Both the position numbers and the translations under genes were made by a program. The notes below the pieces were generated by a model that had not been told where the DNA came from, did not search any database, and saw only the letters and a list, made by a program, of their open reading frames with translations. From Phoronis australis (lineage: Eukaryota; Animalia; Phoronida): DNA of 64,000 bases. This document shows positions 11,526 to 24,856 of this stretch, one piece after another (position 1 is the first letter of the stretch; every line of letters begins with the position of its first letter). Location of the stretch: NCBI GenBank assembly GCA_002633005.1, contig NMRA01000832.1:46481-110480 (forward strand), written 5' to 3'.

Positions 11526-11662
11526 GGCAGTGTGGCCTAGTGTGATAGGTGTCCGCATTCTTTACTTGAGGTCGTGGGTTCGATTCCCACTGGGTCACAC
11601 TGCTAGACCCTTGAGTCGGGTTTCTAGCTCCTCAGCTCGGTTTTAACTATATATTAAAAAAA
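11526..11662 (+). mobile_element. tRNA-derived SINE (5' part)
   Basis: A box tggcctagtg, B box ggttcgattccc; body gtttctagctcctcagctcggttttaac is shared with the copy at 34201-34442. Confidence 0.75.
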
Positions 11663-13247
11663 TGGCACATGTGCATTGTCTATCTGACAAACTGCAGTTG
11701 TTTTTGTATTATTGTCCTGCGTGGCTTCTGTAGGAGTATAAAGTGTCTTCTATGCTTTTCATTGTCTGGAGATTAGGTGGCTTGAGTTTTGTGGGTCTTC
11801 ACAAAATCATGGCATTTCGAGAAACCTGAGAGTTGACAAAGTGGCCTCTGAAATGAAAAATTCGCGAGGCTGGAGTGTTGCATTGTATGAAAAGGCTGTT
11901 TTTAGACACCTTGGCCTAGTTGCATTAAAGTTACACACCATATAACAACAATGACGTTGCATTATCGCGCATCACGTTGTTATTGTTGAACAATGCACCT
12001 GACGTCATGCAACAATCAAACTTATCCAGCAGATAATTTTGAAGTTTCATGCTACCCAGACCTGATTTCCATTCAATAGCCAGGATTTCCTACTGTGTCT
12101 CTCCACTGTCATGCGTTACGGAATGCTTCAGGATCCATGCATGTAAAACTGAACTATGTTTTGCATGTACTCCTGTTAAAAACAAGTTCTGCACTTGAAA
12201 ATAACTAAGTCTTTTGCTGTGTCAGTTGTGACATATAACTGAAGTTTTCTCAACATGGCTTCTATCTTGCATAAGTAATGCTGTAAAGTGTCGGTGCTCA
12301 TAGTTAATTTAAAATTTCACAGCAGGTACTGTTTCGATAACGTGTTAGTTTTTGCAGGCTGATCTCTACTATGAAACTTTTGTTCAAAAATACCGCAACA
12401 ATGGTTGTCCTATCTGGGTGTGGAACAATCCAGGATGAGTCGATTTCCAAATGCATGTAGTTGCTGTTATTCACTCACAGTGTGAGCATACACTATGTGA
12501 GAGGTCAAATGTTAATTGGTTTTGCACCCAACCAGCTAGTGGAATTAGTAGCATGTTTTACACCATTATGAAGTAAAATGTTTGGATTTATTTTGTTTAT
12601 AATACTGCACTCCTGTTTTGTGCCTAAATGACACTGTTAAGTTAAAGTTAAAGTTACTGATTGAAGTCTTATTGCTGTCAAAGCAGTGTTTGAAACCGTG
12701 CGTCATGTCGTTTGCCATCTTTTTGGTAATCGCCTGCTTATTGAGAGAAATACTGCTTATTCATTTTAGGATCTTAGCCATGCGCTCTACCTCTGTGGTG
12801 TCCACGATTTGGCATGATGACGACCTTTGTATGGAGACGTGTGATGTTATGAAGCTCTTGTAAGATGTCGAAAAGCAATATTTTAACACTGCAATTGAAA
12901 ATTCTATTTAATTGTTGAAAGAGCTCCTGTGTTTAGTTTAAATTTGGTCAATAGCATGGGCTGATGCATTGTTGCAGTCAACTCGTCTAGCATAGATAGA
13001 AGTCAGTGTACTTCTAGTCGAACAACAATCGTTCATTATTGACTACTAACTTTTTTTCCCTTTCTCAAGGCAGTTGTTATTCAACCTATATGGTGACTAA
13101 CTTTCATTGGGTAACAGTGCAAGTGCATGTAAAAATGCTGCCTAATTTCTCCGCAATAAAAATGATTTCGTGTGGATGGAGCCCAATGGAAAGTTGATGC
13201 CTGGGCATGGTAGCACCTTCTAACAGCCTGTGTTTTGAAGTGCAGTA

Positions 13248-14314
13248 ATTGATCTATGTCAGGATTTTGAGTGACGGCTTAACTGACCATTTAGAACTCA
13301 TCATTCTTGGTACACCGTCGTTTCCAAGCCGCCATTTTACCCGACAAACAACAGGTTGTCCGGTAAATCTTACAGTTTGTAAGTCGACATTACGCAAGGG
13401 GGTGGAGCTTGCAATAGGTCAGTTGTGTTGTGTAAAACGGGCAGATGTTCTCTTTTGGGTCTGCACTTGTATAGCAAGCCTACAACCATGTTTTGTCTTT
13501 TGCTCTTAGCTATAACCTCAAGTGAATGTCAATGAAGAAAATTAAATTTGCTCTGTGCATCTCCATTGCCAAATTTGTTATTTTTAATTCCTTTCAATTA
13601 TGTCTTCGGAAAGTTTACTCTTGTACATTTCTAGTCACTTGTTAATGCTTAAATTGTGCTCGGGGTTTATTGTGATATTTGTTCTGCAGTGTGTTTTTGT
13701 ACACAACAGAGTATTTTGATAACTTGAAAACTGGTTTTTGCTTAATTTTTAAACTTTTTATGCAGTTATGTCTCGCTAAATAGGTNATTGATCTATCGTC
13801 AGGATTTTGAGTGACGGCTTAACTGACCATTTAGAACTCATCATTCTTGGCACACCTTCGTTTCCAAGCCGCCATTTTACCCGACAAACAACAGGTTGCC
13901 CGGTAAATCTTACAGTTTGTAAGTCGACATTACGCAAGGGGGTGGAGCTTGCAATAGGTCAGTTGTGTTGTGTAAAACGGGCAGATGTTCTCTTTTGGGT
14001 CTGCACTTGTATAGCAAGCCTACAACCATGTTATGTCTTTTGCTCTTAGCTATAACCTCAAGTGAATGTCAATGAAGAAAATTAAATTTGCTCTGTGCAT
14101 CTCCATTGCCAAATTTGTTATTTTTAATTCTTTTCAATTATGTCTTCGGAAAGTTTACTCTTGTACATTTCTAGTCACTTGTTAATGCTTAAATTGTGCT
14201 CGGGGTTTATTGTGATATTTGTTCTGCAGTGTCAACAGAGTATTTTGATAACTTGAAAACTGGTTTTTGCTTAATTTTTAAACTTTTTATGCAGTTATGT
14301 CTCGCTAAATAGGT
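13248..14314. repeat. ~540-bp tandem duplication across an N join (probable haplotype/assembly artefact)
   Basis: 13248-13785 and 13787-14314 are near-identical (few SNPs, one ~11-bp indel) and separated by a single N at 13786. Confidence 0.85.
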
Positions 14315-14650
14315 GAATACGTAAATGCATAGAAATTTACCCAAACTTTAACGGTTTTATTTGTTCGTAAATTGTGTAGATGAGAAAAATAGAAACGTGG
14401 ATTGTTAGCAAGTTTTGGTTATCAAGTTTTATTCTCAGTCTTTGTAAACAGTTGTGAAAAATGATCAGTCAGATTTTTGTGAGTGAAATGTTCGTGTTAT
14501 ATATGCTGTGCTAATCATCATTTTGATATAATTCTTTGAATGTTATCTAAATAGTGATTTGGGCTTGTTCAGGTAATCATCTAGTGATAACAGATGGTTG
14601 TCTTTAACGAAAGGATGGAAGTTTCAAACTGGTGGACTCCAAAATTATGC

Positions 14651-14656
14651 AATAAA
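14651..14656 (+). terminator. Probable distal polyadenylation signal of the RBM4-like gene
   Basis: AATAAA followed by GT/T-rich sequence (tcttgttgactttggttttatgtg), ending a long T-rich + strand stretch; other AATAAA copies occur earlier (e.g. ~13155). Confidence 0.35.
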
Positions 14657-15902
14657 ATATATTATATTGCAAAATCTTGTTGACTTTGGTTTTATGTGCT
14701 GCTATGTTCTTGTTCATGTCCAGCAATCTATTTACTACCAATTCCTAACAGGGTTTGACTTCTGTGGTTAGGTTCTCTTTTTGAAGAGTGTACTTGCGAC
14801 AGACAATCACCTAGTTAGAAGTTTGTGATTTCCAACAATTTTACATATTTAGAACAGGGTGTCTCTGGATCTGTAAGGAGGGTGTTGAAATTATTGTCTA
14901 CCTTGGGAAACAACTTGCTGTACCAACGGTGTAATGAGGGTAATTTTGAGATAAGAGGGTGGTGGTCGAGCAAGGTCGACGTTTAGTGGGAGCATGAGTT
15001 GGTAAAGAATGGTGAGAACTTACCGGGTAACGTTTTGTGAATATATTTGGTTAGGCATTCTCAAAATCCATTGGTGTAGAAAGGGTAAAATTTGGGAAAT
15101 ACATGTTCGTGATTTAAATGGCAAGATTCTTAGCAGTGACCGCCAATCCCCCGTACTGCTATGGTGCTTTTAGAAACTAATCGGCGTAACTGATAAAGTC
15201 AAGACCCCACACTGACAAAGAGTAGTCCTACTGGTCGTGTCGCTCCAACAACTGAAAGATAAACCACGGCACTGGATATTGCGGCGGCTGAACATAGGCT
15301 CTACCCTTTCCCTCTCGAAAATATTCAAAAATCGCTCGAAATTACCCTTATCAAGACGAAAAAATACCCTCTAAATGATCAAAAATTCCACCATGGTACA
15401 TATTCCATTCTGAAAAGCAATGCAACAATTAAACCTCACAAAAATTTCCCTTGGTAAAAACAGCGCAAAAATTCCCCTCGTAGTAAAATTGCCGCAAAAA
15501 AACCCTGTAAACTATTATTGTGATTGCAATTCCAAAAGTTTATTGAATACCTTTGACACGAATGTTTAACTCCATTGTTTTCAATACCAATTACCATTTT
15601 ACATAAGGTATATTTATTAAAATACTTGTACAGAAATCGAGTCCGTTTATGCCGTGATAACCCCGACCGCAGACATTGATCGATGCGCAAACGGTCTGCA
15701 CGATTAACAAACGGATGCTTGTCATTGTGTTATTTTATAAGAAAATAGTTTTGACAGTGAGTTTAGTGTATCGTCAAAATATGAGGCAATTTTAATTATT
15801 CAAATATTTTTTACAATTAATGCAATATATCATATTTAACATTATGGAAATTAAAACTGCATTTTGCATTGTTTAGTTTGCTAAAACGAAAATCGAGTTG
15901 TG

Positions 15903-16090
15903 TGGCAGTCTCGTAACATCCCTTACCGTGATAGCATCCTATTTCCGTTACTAATAACATAGACTCGAAATAACGCTCGAGAGTTGAGTGGGGTAAGCTA
16001 ACCATAAAATTGTGAATTCGAAAATGGCGCATGTATACATAGCCTCTTGCGGGAATAGAATCCTATCACGGTAAGGAACATTATGCTACT
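15903..16090. mobile_element. Small MITE-like inverted repeat element
   Basis: ccttaccgtgatagcatcctatt / aatagaatcctatcacggtaagg. Confidence 0.55.
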
Positions 16091-17486
16091 TTTTATGAGA
16101 ATGAAAGGTCTAATTATTCGGCTAAATTGGGCGGCATTTGCGGTTTAGTCACTTGGATTGTAATGAATCCCGCAAGTTCATCTGTTTATTTTTTCTACCA
16201 ATGGTACTTAATCGTGATACGGGTTGAGGATGGACAACGGGAGGGAACCATTAGAAACCAATGCAAGAACAGTGAGTAAGGTCGTAAACTAATCGCGATA
16301 ATAAACTACCAAATGAAAACTTGGGAGTCGGGAGCATACACGCTCATAGTTCGCATGACTCAAATTTTTATATGATCCTTACAAAAAGTCGAAAAACAAG
16401 GAATGTCGTTCATCATCTAGGACTGATATTACTCCCAGATCATCATAGTAGACAAAGTACAATGGTGGCCGGTATGTGCAACGGCTGCAGGCATGTGGCA
16501 GCTTGCAACCATTCTATTTTTTTTCTCCCGATGCTTTGAAATTCATAGCACAATAACTACTCAGTAGTCAGAGTGAATTGCTTACCCCCACTGACTTATT
16601 TGGAACAAAATCCAGTGGACCATTGCCAACGCACCCCTATGAGAGGCATACCGCGACAATCGGTGGTTATAGTCAGGTGGCAAAATATATATGCCGTGTC
16701 AGCCCAGATGGTATTCCTATAGATATGAGGTATACTGGCGAAGTGTCGCCCAAAAGGGTGCTTTTTCACAGCAAATAATACTCTCCAAAATGATGCCACT
16801 TTAGACAAAATACTGCCTAAAAGGGTTCTTTTCTGAATTTCTGGAACAAAATTTTATGAAAATTCTCTAAATGGGTCACTTTTTTGTTTGAGCCCACTTT
16901 CTACAATGGGTACGTAATTCAAATTTTCAGGCGGCACTGGCCTCGTCCAAAATTCGTGATTTTGGTCATTTACTTTGAGATACGATGTTGGTTTCGTAAA
17001 ATGCAGCAATGATAGCCTACATGTCTCGCTTGCGCATTCTACGTAAAATATAACAATTACGTGAGCTGTTACGTTGTAAATTGTAACAATGACATATATA
17101 GTAACAGTTGTTACATTTTAGGTAGAAAATAAATCTGAAACTAAAAGAGGCGATCCAGATCCTCTAAAGGATACAATTGTTTGACGACTAAAAGTCGAAT
17201 GTATATAGGCAAGTAAAACAATGGATCACTATTATTGTTGTTTTATTTACCTATTAACACTTTACAAAATTGTTACACTTTTACGGCGTTGAAGGCATGC
17301 GTAACCTTAAGTTTTCGCGAGACCATTGAGCAGTGACGGAACGCTCGGGCCTGGCGTTTTAGGTGATGAAATTTAACTTCAGTGCCATTGGATGGCGCGT
17401 GGCTCGAGGCTTTTTAGCATGAAAGATTTGCCAAAGTTTATGTATTCATTGCATTTATGCATTTGTAGCTCGATCACTCCAAATGT

Positions 17487-17620
17487 TTAACTACGATTTC
17501 TTAAGTCACTCTTGCACTCGGCCAAAAGGCATGTTGCAGGTGAACCTGTGCTTCCAGTTATGGTGAGTCCAAGTGTCAAGTACTGTTTTCTGTCATATTG
17601 TTTACATGTCACCAAGTTTT
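17487..17620 (-). pseudogene. Degenerate Charlie/Buster-type hAT transposase N-terminal fragment
   Basis: KQYDRKQYLTLGLTITGSTGSPATCL resembles the RKYDxxYLxxGFT...P.C..C lead-in of ZBED5/Buster-type BED fingers; frame closes immediately after. Confidence 0.4.
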
Positions 17621-20600
17621 CTGTAATTTCACCCGGCAACTGTCTCATAGTACACTTAAACTTGAAATCCCTCGACTGAAACATTACTTTGTACTGTTTG
17701 AGAAATTAATGCTTCGTAGGCCTACTTAAACCACAATCTTCTACCTTTACAGATAGAATTAAGACTCTACGGCTATCCAAATGAGGCGCTATGTTCAAGA
17801 TGATCTGCTGGTAGTGTTTAGATTGTAACGTCATCTAATCTCCGGTGATTTTTGGAAGAATGAAGCTCATAGATGTGGTGGTAAAGACCTCTGTGTCCAT
17901 TTCAGCTGACACCAAACTGACGCCACAGACACCCCAAATGACTTCATATCTGACGGTAGTGAGCAGACAATGACGTCATCTGATGAATTACCTGAGGTTC
18001 GAAAGCCACTCACTTACACAATGATCGTGCTAAGAACAGGCCAGCCGCCTACTTCAGTTATCGAAACTGATAATGGAATGAATGACGTGGATCAATATCT
18101 GATGGCGAAAACCCAGATATGTCCATTCTCACTGGACGCCAAACCGTGTTCGTCTCTGACTATGCAGCTGACCCTACCCGAGGCCTGACTCCGTAGACGA
18201 CCCAATTCAGAGGCACCATATGCTAGTAGTGAACAGACAATGACAGTATCTGATGAACCTCCTGAAATTCCAAAGTTACCAGCAAATGGTGGTGGCCATG
18301 GCATACCGGTGCACAGATTTCAGTTCCTGGAAATTTAATGATGATGACCGTGGTGGTTGAAATCGCAACAGAAATATCACTTATAAGTGCACCTCTTTGA
18401 AATGTTTTGGCGAGACAGAAAAGATTCTCAGACTTTGACAAATTGGTAAGCCAGATTTAGCCTGTGGTACAAAACGTTTTTGTCGTTTCGTACAAAATTA
18501 CTTAATGTCAGTCCTTGACGAATTTGAATCCGCACACAGCGCGCCATCGGAATAAAACGGGGAAGAAATGAGTTGGAATTTTTTAATGGAACTCGTCCCG
18601 TTTCTGGGTCCAAAAATTCCCCTCACACAATAAAACCGGTCCTCGAAGTTGGAATCACTTCACTTCACACGGAACGTCGGCATCACTGAGATAGATTTTA
18701 TTTTATGATCGACATATGTCCCGAATAATAGATAAATGATACGTGCGTCGCAAGCTCGTTACCAGAGAGAGGGCCTTCTTCATCCTTGACTTCACCATAT
18801 TGTTCTTGTCGTGTTGAAATCTGACAAGATGCGTTGCATGCAATCTAAGTTCAGGACTAGTGCCCGAGGGGGAGCGAAATATAATGTCAGTAAACGTGCC
18901 TTTCCAAACATTTTCCACTCTGAATACAACAGAACTGTGAACCTTAAAGAGCAACTACTCGGTAAATTGTCACTAAATGACGACACTTCGTGGCGAAAAA
19001 GTGAAATTTGTTTTTTTAAGTCATTTCTTTCAAAAATGATTCAGCAAACGGAAATAAATGCTTCGTAATTTTCAAGTTCTGTGCCATGCTAGCTACAGAT
19101 TTCGTTTTTGATACATTTTGGACATTCACAACCACATGTTAGAAGCCTATGAAATTAAAGTGAGATCAATTTTGACAATTCATTATTCAGTCGGAATAGT
19201 GAGATTTTACCCCATCTCATGGGCGTCAACCCCCCTGCGGCGCATCGCCTATAGATCATGTGGGATAGCACTGAAAAAAGTGGGGGCTATAGCCCTCCCA
19301 GCCCGCTATGGTGCGCCGCCCATGCATCTGCCTTGTACACGGTCCAACACCACGAACAAAGTTCTTCTGCAACTACTCCATTACGTCCATATTAATTGTC
19401 TCAATAAGTGTGTGTTTATGGTGTTTTGTCTCTGTGTCTAGTTGCCAAGAGCCAAGTGGCAGCCTCGGCAGCGACAGATGACTGAAGCTCATGCAGTCTC
19501 GTCAGTCTTGGCCGAGTTCCATGATGGGTGAGCGGAAACCAACTGCAGGCCAGCGTAAGTTAGCATTTCACATGGAGTCTTAGTGCATGTGTCGGCGCGT
19601 TCTCGGGGGTTAAGCTCGCGTTGTACTTTGGCCGGGCAGTGCATAAACTGGAGTGTGATAATACACTCCAAGGGGTTTAATGTGTTGCAATAAAACTCGA
19701 GCTAGCTCATGCTTGAAAAGTGTCAACTATTCTGTGATAGAGTTTCAGTCCAAGTTTACACTTGGGAACCAAAGGGTACTATCTACAAACTCGGGTAAAT
19801 ACTCGACATTTCAGTCGCAGGGCGAGCTGCAGACTCATTTGCTACAGCCATCAAGTGCGAACATTTATCCAAGTAAACCATGTTGCAAGTAGCCACAATC
19901 TTGAGTTCGAACAAGAGTGGAACGAAACAATACATGTCTAAAATAATTTCAAGTTCCAGTCGATTTAGAGTATGAAGATTGTAGCCCGGACCCTAATGAA
20001 CTTATGCAGACGCCGGGGTTCTGTCATGAATTGGCCGCTCGAGATTGTTCAGCATTTGCTGATCGTAAACAAATAGTAAAGCGTCTGGATCTGCTGTGGT
20101 GTGCTGTTAGTCGACCATCACAGTGAGGATGACCCATAGTAACTAACAACAATCCCACTGTAATTATGACGTATGTACAAAAATGTAAAACAAAAAGCTC
20201 TGCAAGAATTTACTGCTAAAATGTAACTTGTATGAAATATGAAGTTGTGGTGTCCTTTCATTCCGCTAACGATGATGGTAATTTTCAAAACAAGATACGC
20301 GGACCTTATCCATGGTATATTGCTTGCTCATGCAGTCTCACATTACAACTAACTCCCGTTCACGTTGACATCCAAAAATTGTTGAGTCACGACAAAGTAG
20401 TTACGTCTGCTGCAGTGCACTAGCTCTTTCTCAGCGAGAGGACGGCATCGTAAGCCATTTGCCGAAAAAGCGACTTGCCATTGTTACGGGTCTTCTCAGG
20501 GCTGTCGGCCAGTCAACTTATAGCTGGGTGGCTTACTGAGCTGACGTGCTCTACCTGCAGCTTCGTTGTCCCGTGTTCGGTGGCAAGAGACACGCTCGAG

Positions 20601-20905
20601 TTATGTCGGGCGCTTGAGTTAGAAAAAATAAATTCTCAAAATCAATTCTTATGTCCCGTTTCCCAGTCACTGTGACAAAGCCAGGTGTTTTACGTCTTTG
20701 TAACCTATAAAACTGCACAAAGGATTCAATGAATTGATTAGTATTCTAACGGGTTTGTCAACGGACTATTGTGACATGTGAATAACCGTGCACCAACTGT
20801 TTGTGGTCACACTTTTAAAATTAAAATTGTAAATTTATCTTCTTGATGACGTACGGTAGCCTTGGCGCACAACTGTACACTTGCGCCGATGTTGGTAACT
20901 TAAAG

Positions 20906-21240
20906 TGGCCAAAAATATCTAAAATTAGTGTCGTTAAAAATTACACTTTTCCTTGAGTAAACTAAATTATTTAGCGGTGTTGGAAAATTGGCGTTCTCAG
21001 TACCGTTATTCTGCTGCTAAAATTGTGATGCGATTGCGTCAGCTTTCGGCGCCATGAATTAAATATAGCGTCAGCCACCCATAGGCCAGGCTCTTCTTCT
21101 CCGACTATGTGTTCTTCCTACTCGCGGCTGCGTACATGTCACAACAAATTATCGGAACCGACTGGTTTCAATTGTTACTATTCTTATACCAGTAAACCGA
21201 ATTTCAGAACAAACTTTGATGCTCAGAAGCTGTCCTCATC
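20906..21240. repeat. Dispersed repeat, copy A
   Basis: Shares aaattagtgtc-ttaaaaat, agtaaactaaattattta, ttattctgctgctaaa and gtcacaacaaattatcgga with 29617-29962. Confidence 0.75.
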
Positions 21241-22954
21241 CCATTGTCTTTTCCTGTCGTCTCTCAATTATGCTGATCTCTTTGCACCATTTCACTTCTG
21301 CCTCAAAATATTTAGCCAGGTTTTTTTGCACTCTTTCATAGAAAAGTTCTTATGGCATTGACACGGCTAGTAGAAAGTACTTATGGCATTGACACGGCTT
21401 GAATAGAAAGCAGTGGAATGACTAACCATTTCGCAGTACAATTAGCCACCATTGATCTAAAATACATTATATACCAAAGTTTTCTAACTTTTGAACTGTT
21501 ATACTGTCCTAGTTATACATTATTTTACCTGAAACTCCCATAAACGTATCGACTCGCGACTAAATGCATTCTAGTATTGAAGGATGCAAAGAACATTCCT
21601 GTGATCAGGGCACGGAGTTTTTCAGGTTATTAGACGAACACTTATGAGCTAATAGATGCTAAACTGTAAACAAATAAATAAAAGGTATCCCGGTAATTCC
21701 TGGATCTGTGGAAAACTCAAGTTAGGCTCTAATTAAGTTTCGATTATTTTTTGCGAAAAGTCACATGGCAATGTTGGTTGTCTAGTGGAATAGATTACTT
21801 ACTCTTTCCTGGTCTTGATATCATTCACTCGATAATTCGACATGTCTTCGACAATTTTTACTGGCAAATTATCGTACATGCTCGAACTTTCTTCAACAGC
21901 TGACATTTTAGCACTACCAATGGGTAAACTAGTACCGATCAGTAGCAATGCGCGTTACTTTACGGAATGAAGCGCTCTTACGACACAGTATGTGACGTAA
22001 ATGTACTATGACGTAAAACCGTGACGTCAAAAAGAGAAACTTGTTTGACAGGGAAGAATTATCTTGGATAAACAGTAAACATAACAACCACCATGCAATA
22101 TCACAATAATTTAGTAAACAATACCACCAAGTATTGGCAAGCAAACTATTGGGGCACATCTCTTCACGGGATTAGGGGCTATCAGTTTTGACAGAGTTCC
22201 CAGAATTGAGCATAGTCGTCAAGGTAAACTTAGGGATATCATAGCAAAGATCTCGCATTACCAGGAACGGAGTAAGTCGCACGAACGTGGTCAAGCCGAT
22301 GAAATTTCAAAGGGAACAACTATAACGAAAACGAAATTTTCCCTCGAGATGCGGTAGTAAGAAGAAAGCGCCTTGCGCATATTTTGGAAGAGTTAAAAGC
22401 CCATTCTGATGTGACAACATCTGTTCAAGGACAAGATACATATTGACGGTAATATTTTTTTCAGTTGAAACCATAAGTGAATTACCCTCTTTCTTACAGG
22501 ATCAGGCACGTTAATGACGTAACAGAAAAAATCTATGATCTTCATCAGGAACAGTTAACTGTTGAGCGCCGGTGTGTGTATAATAGTAAATAATTTAGCA
22601 TTAATCTGGGAAGTGTGTTGGACTTCAGCGGCTTGCCTCGACAACTTGAAGCACACACTATTCTTCTAGATACAGTGGAACACGAGTGGCTTCAGTGTAA
22701 TCGCGGGCTATGGGGTCTGTCAATGATGCCTTGCGTTCAAGGATAGCGCTTTTGGGTAAGCGCTTCCGATTGTTAAATACTGCTGCTGAGGCGACCCACT
22801 TCATGCGGGAGCTTGGTTCTATAACCAATAGTTTCGTGAACTCCGCGGCTCATCCGCGACTCTCTGGCACACCAAAACCAACAGCGGGGTTCAAACCTCC
22901 CTCACGTTCCAACAGCCCTTCCTCCGTCCCCAGGTGAGATCCACCACAACCCCT

Positions 22955-23490
22955 TACCATGCACTCCAATAAATGCCGACTCTTTTAAAGTCTCCCTTCA
23001 AGTTTACAACTTATTCGTTACTCAGCACATTATCGACGGGTTCACTCACAGACCTGGTTCTCGTGCCTAAAAATGAGTCCAGCAAATTCCGTCGAATCCA
23101 CAACCTCTCTTACCCCTCCCGCGGATCATGGCCGCGCGATTAGTGCCTTCTATCCATTTAACCGAGGTCCAATACCATTTGGTCAAAACCACCATCGCCT
23201 CCACTCTTTCACCCGGTGGCAACTCTGTTATGGCCGAGGCCGACATCAGGGATGCATTCCGTTTGGTTCTCGCCCACCGCCTACAAATTCCTAGGTTTCA
23301 ATACTGTTACGACCGCTGCCTTCATCTTGCAATATCGTCTAACATATCAGCACATCGTTCCAGTGGATCATAGAACCAAAATTCCAGGCTCGACGACTTC
23401 TTCACTGATCTTCCGAACCCCACCAAATGTTCATCTCTTTTTGCAACCCTGTTCCTCCATCGGCGTCCCTGTCAATAGGGCGAGACATAG
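22955..23490 (+). pseudogene. Degenerate reverse transcriptase of a DIRS/Ngaro (tyrosine-recombinase) retrotransposon
   Basis: Frameshifted motifs in order: PCTPINAD...HIIDGF; KFRRIHNLSYP; VQY...MAEADIRDAFRLV; YCYDRCL; LDDFF; CSSIGVPV, matching the Ngaro/DIRS RT pattern (TPIN..GF, K.RLIH.LS.P, AK.DI..AFR, Y.DRCLP, YLDDF, C..LGVP). Confidence 0.8.
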
Positions 23491-24537
23491 GTGAGACCAG
23501 CTGCCCTCTTCACACGGGTCTTAATGGATACCGTAAAGCTAAGTATCCGTGTCGGTTCATCATCTGTTTCTACATTGTCTAAGACGGTACCGTACTAATA
23601 TTTGCTGCTGGCTCCTCTTCTTACAACATTTCAGCGAAAATCCTCCCTTCTCTTCGATGGGCATGTAGATAAAGTTTTTCGTTTGCACAATGACATGTAT
23701 AATGTCTCGTGGGATATTACTTCATCTACGTTCCTAGATCTACGCCACTCTCGGTACGTGTTTTGTATTCACCCTGTTTATGATGCCATCCTTAAGGAGG
23801 GAAAATTTCAAACCATTCGAAGAAATCGGGACTTGTTCACGTGAAGCACGGCAGCATAAGACATGCTGACCAAGAAACCAGAAATACGAGATTGTATTAA
23901 AAAGCAATAACATTTTAACCACCATGGAAAAGATTCAAGCTTGAAGAACCTGTAAACCACTGTGAATTGCATATAGCCAATACCCTCGCTGGTTTATAAC
24001 GAGAAGAATGTTTACACCTTTTCCAAAGAATTTAAAGAATAGTGTTAACTTTTTTTTGAAAATGATTAAGAAAGCATTGTTCCTAAGAGACTCGCAGGTG
24101 AGCATCAGCCGGTTGAGGACACGATTTTTACTAGCCATGGTCACTGTAGCTGTCTCACGGATTAGGGTAGTCACCAGCGTATGAGTTTTAGGTGGGGGGG
24201 GTCAGGGAGTTAACTGGGGGGTGGTGAAATTCTCCTACACCCCCAACCAAATTCCCCACCATTGATTTCATCCCCTTGTGTATCCTTCTTTTATGATTCC
24301 ATCGGATGCTATGCCTAACTTTTCCTTAATTTTTGTCCAAATTTAGGGAGGGGGGAAACAATTGCCCCATTGCTCCGAACCTAATACATTTATGGATGTA
24401 ACCCAATTCAGTTGCAGTTCATTATAGGTGATTTCATGCCCCAAGGGACATCCTCTTCTAAGCCACACTTTGGGATGCAACTCTAGCACCTGTATTTCTA
24501 TCTGAGTAAAGACACGAGGCAACGATTAAAATAATAA

Positions 24538-24543
24538 TTTATT
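24538..24543 (-). terminator. Probable TANGO1 polyadenylation signal
   Basis: AATAAA on - strand ~315 nt after the stop codon. Confidence 0.5.
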
Positions 24544-24856
24544 CAGCTCCATGGTATGTACAAACATTTACACCTTTATATACAGAATACCATAACTACT
24601 TGACGTATTCGCTGTATGTATGTGAATGAAGGAAAACTTTAAGACATGTTTGTGGCGTTTCAGCTCTCAAACTATCATGTGACCATAAAATGCCCAGTAA
24701 AGAAATGCTCCTTAAAAACATACCCCTATATCTAAAACCTGTGAACTTGTTTAACAAATCTTTTCCAACAACAAAATGCTGTTCACATATTCTTTAATAG
24801 TAGACTTGAATCCATAGCACCATTATATAGCTATTGAGCTAATGAACCCTCAGTCA

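Noticed and set aside
13248-14314. Real tandem duplication or duplicated 80-86 aa ORFs
   Set aside because: A single N sits exactly at the junction and differences look allelic, typical of uncollapsed haplotype overlap; the ORFs have non-ATG starts and no recognisable motifs
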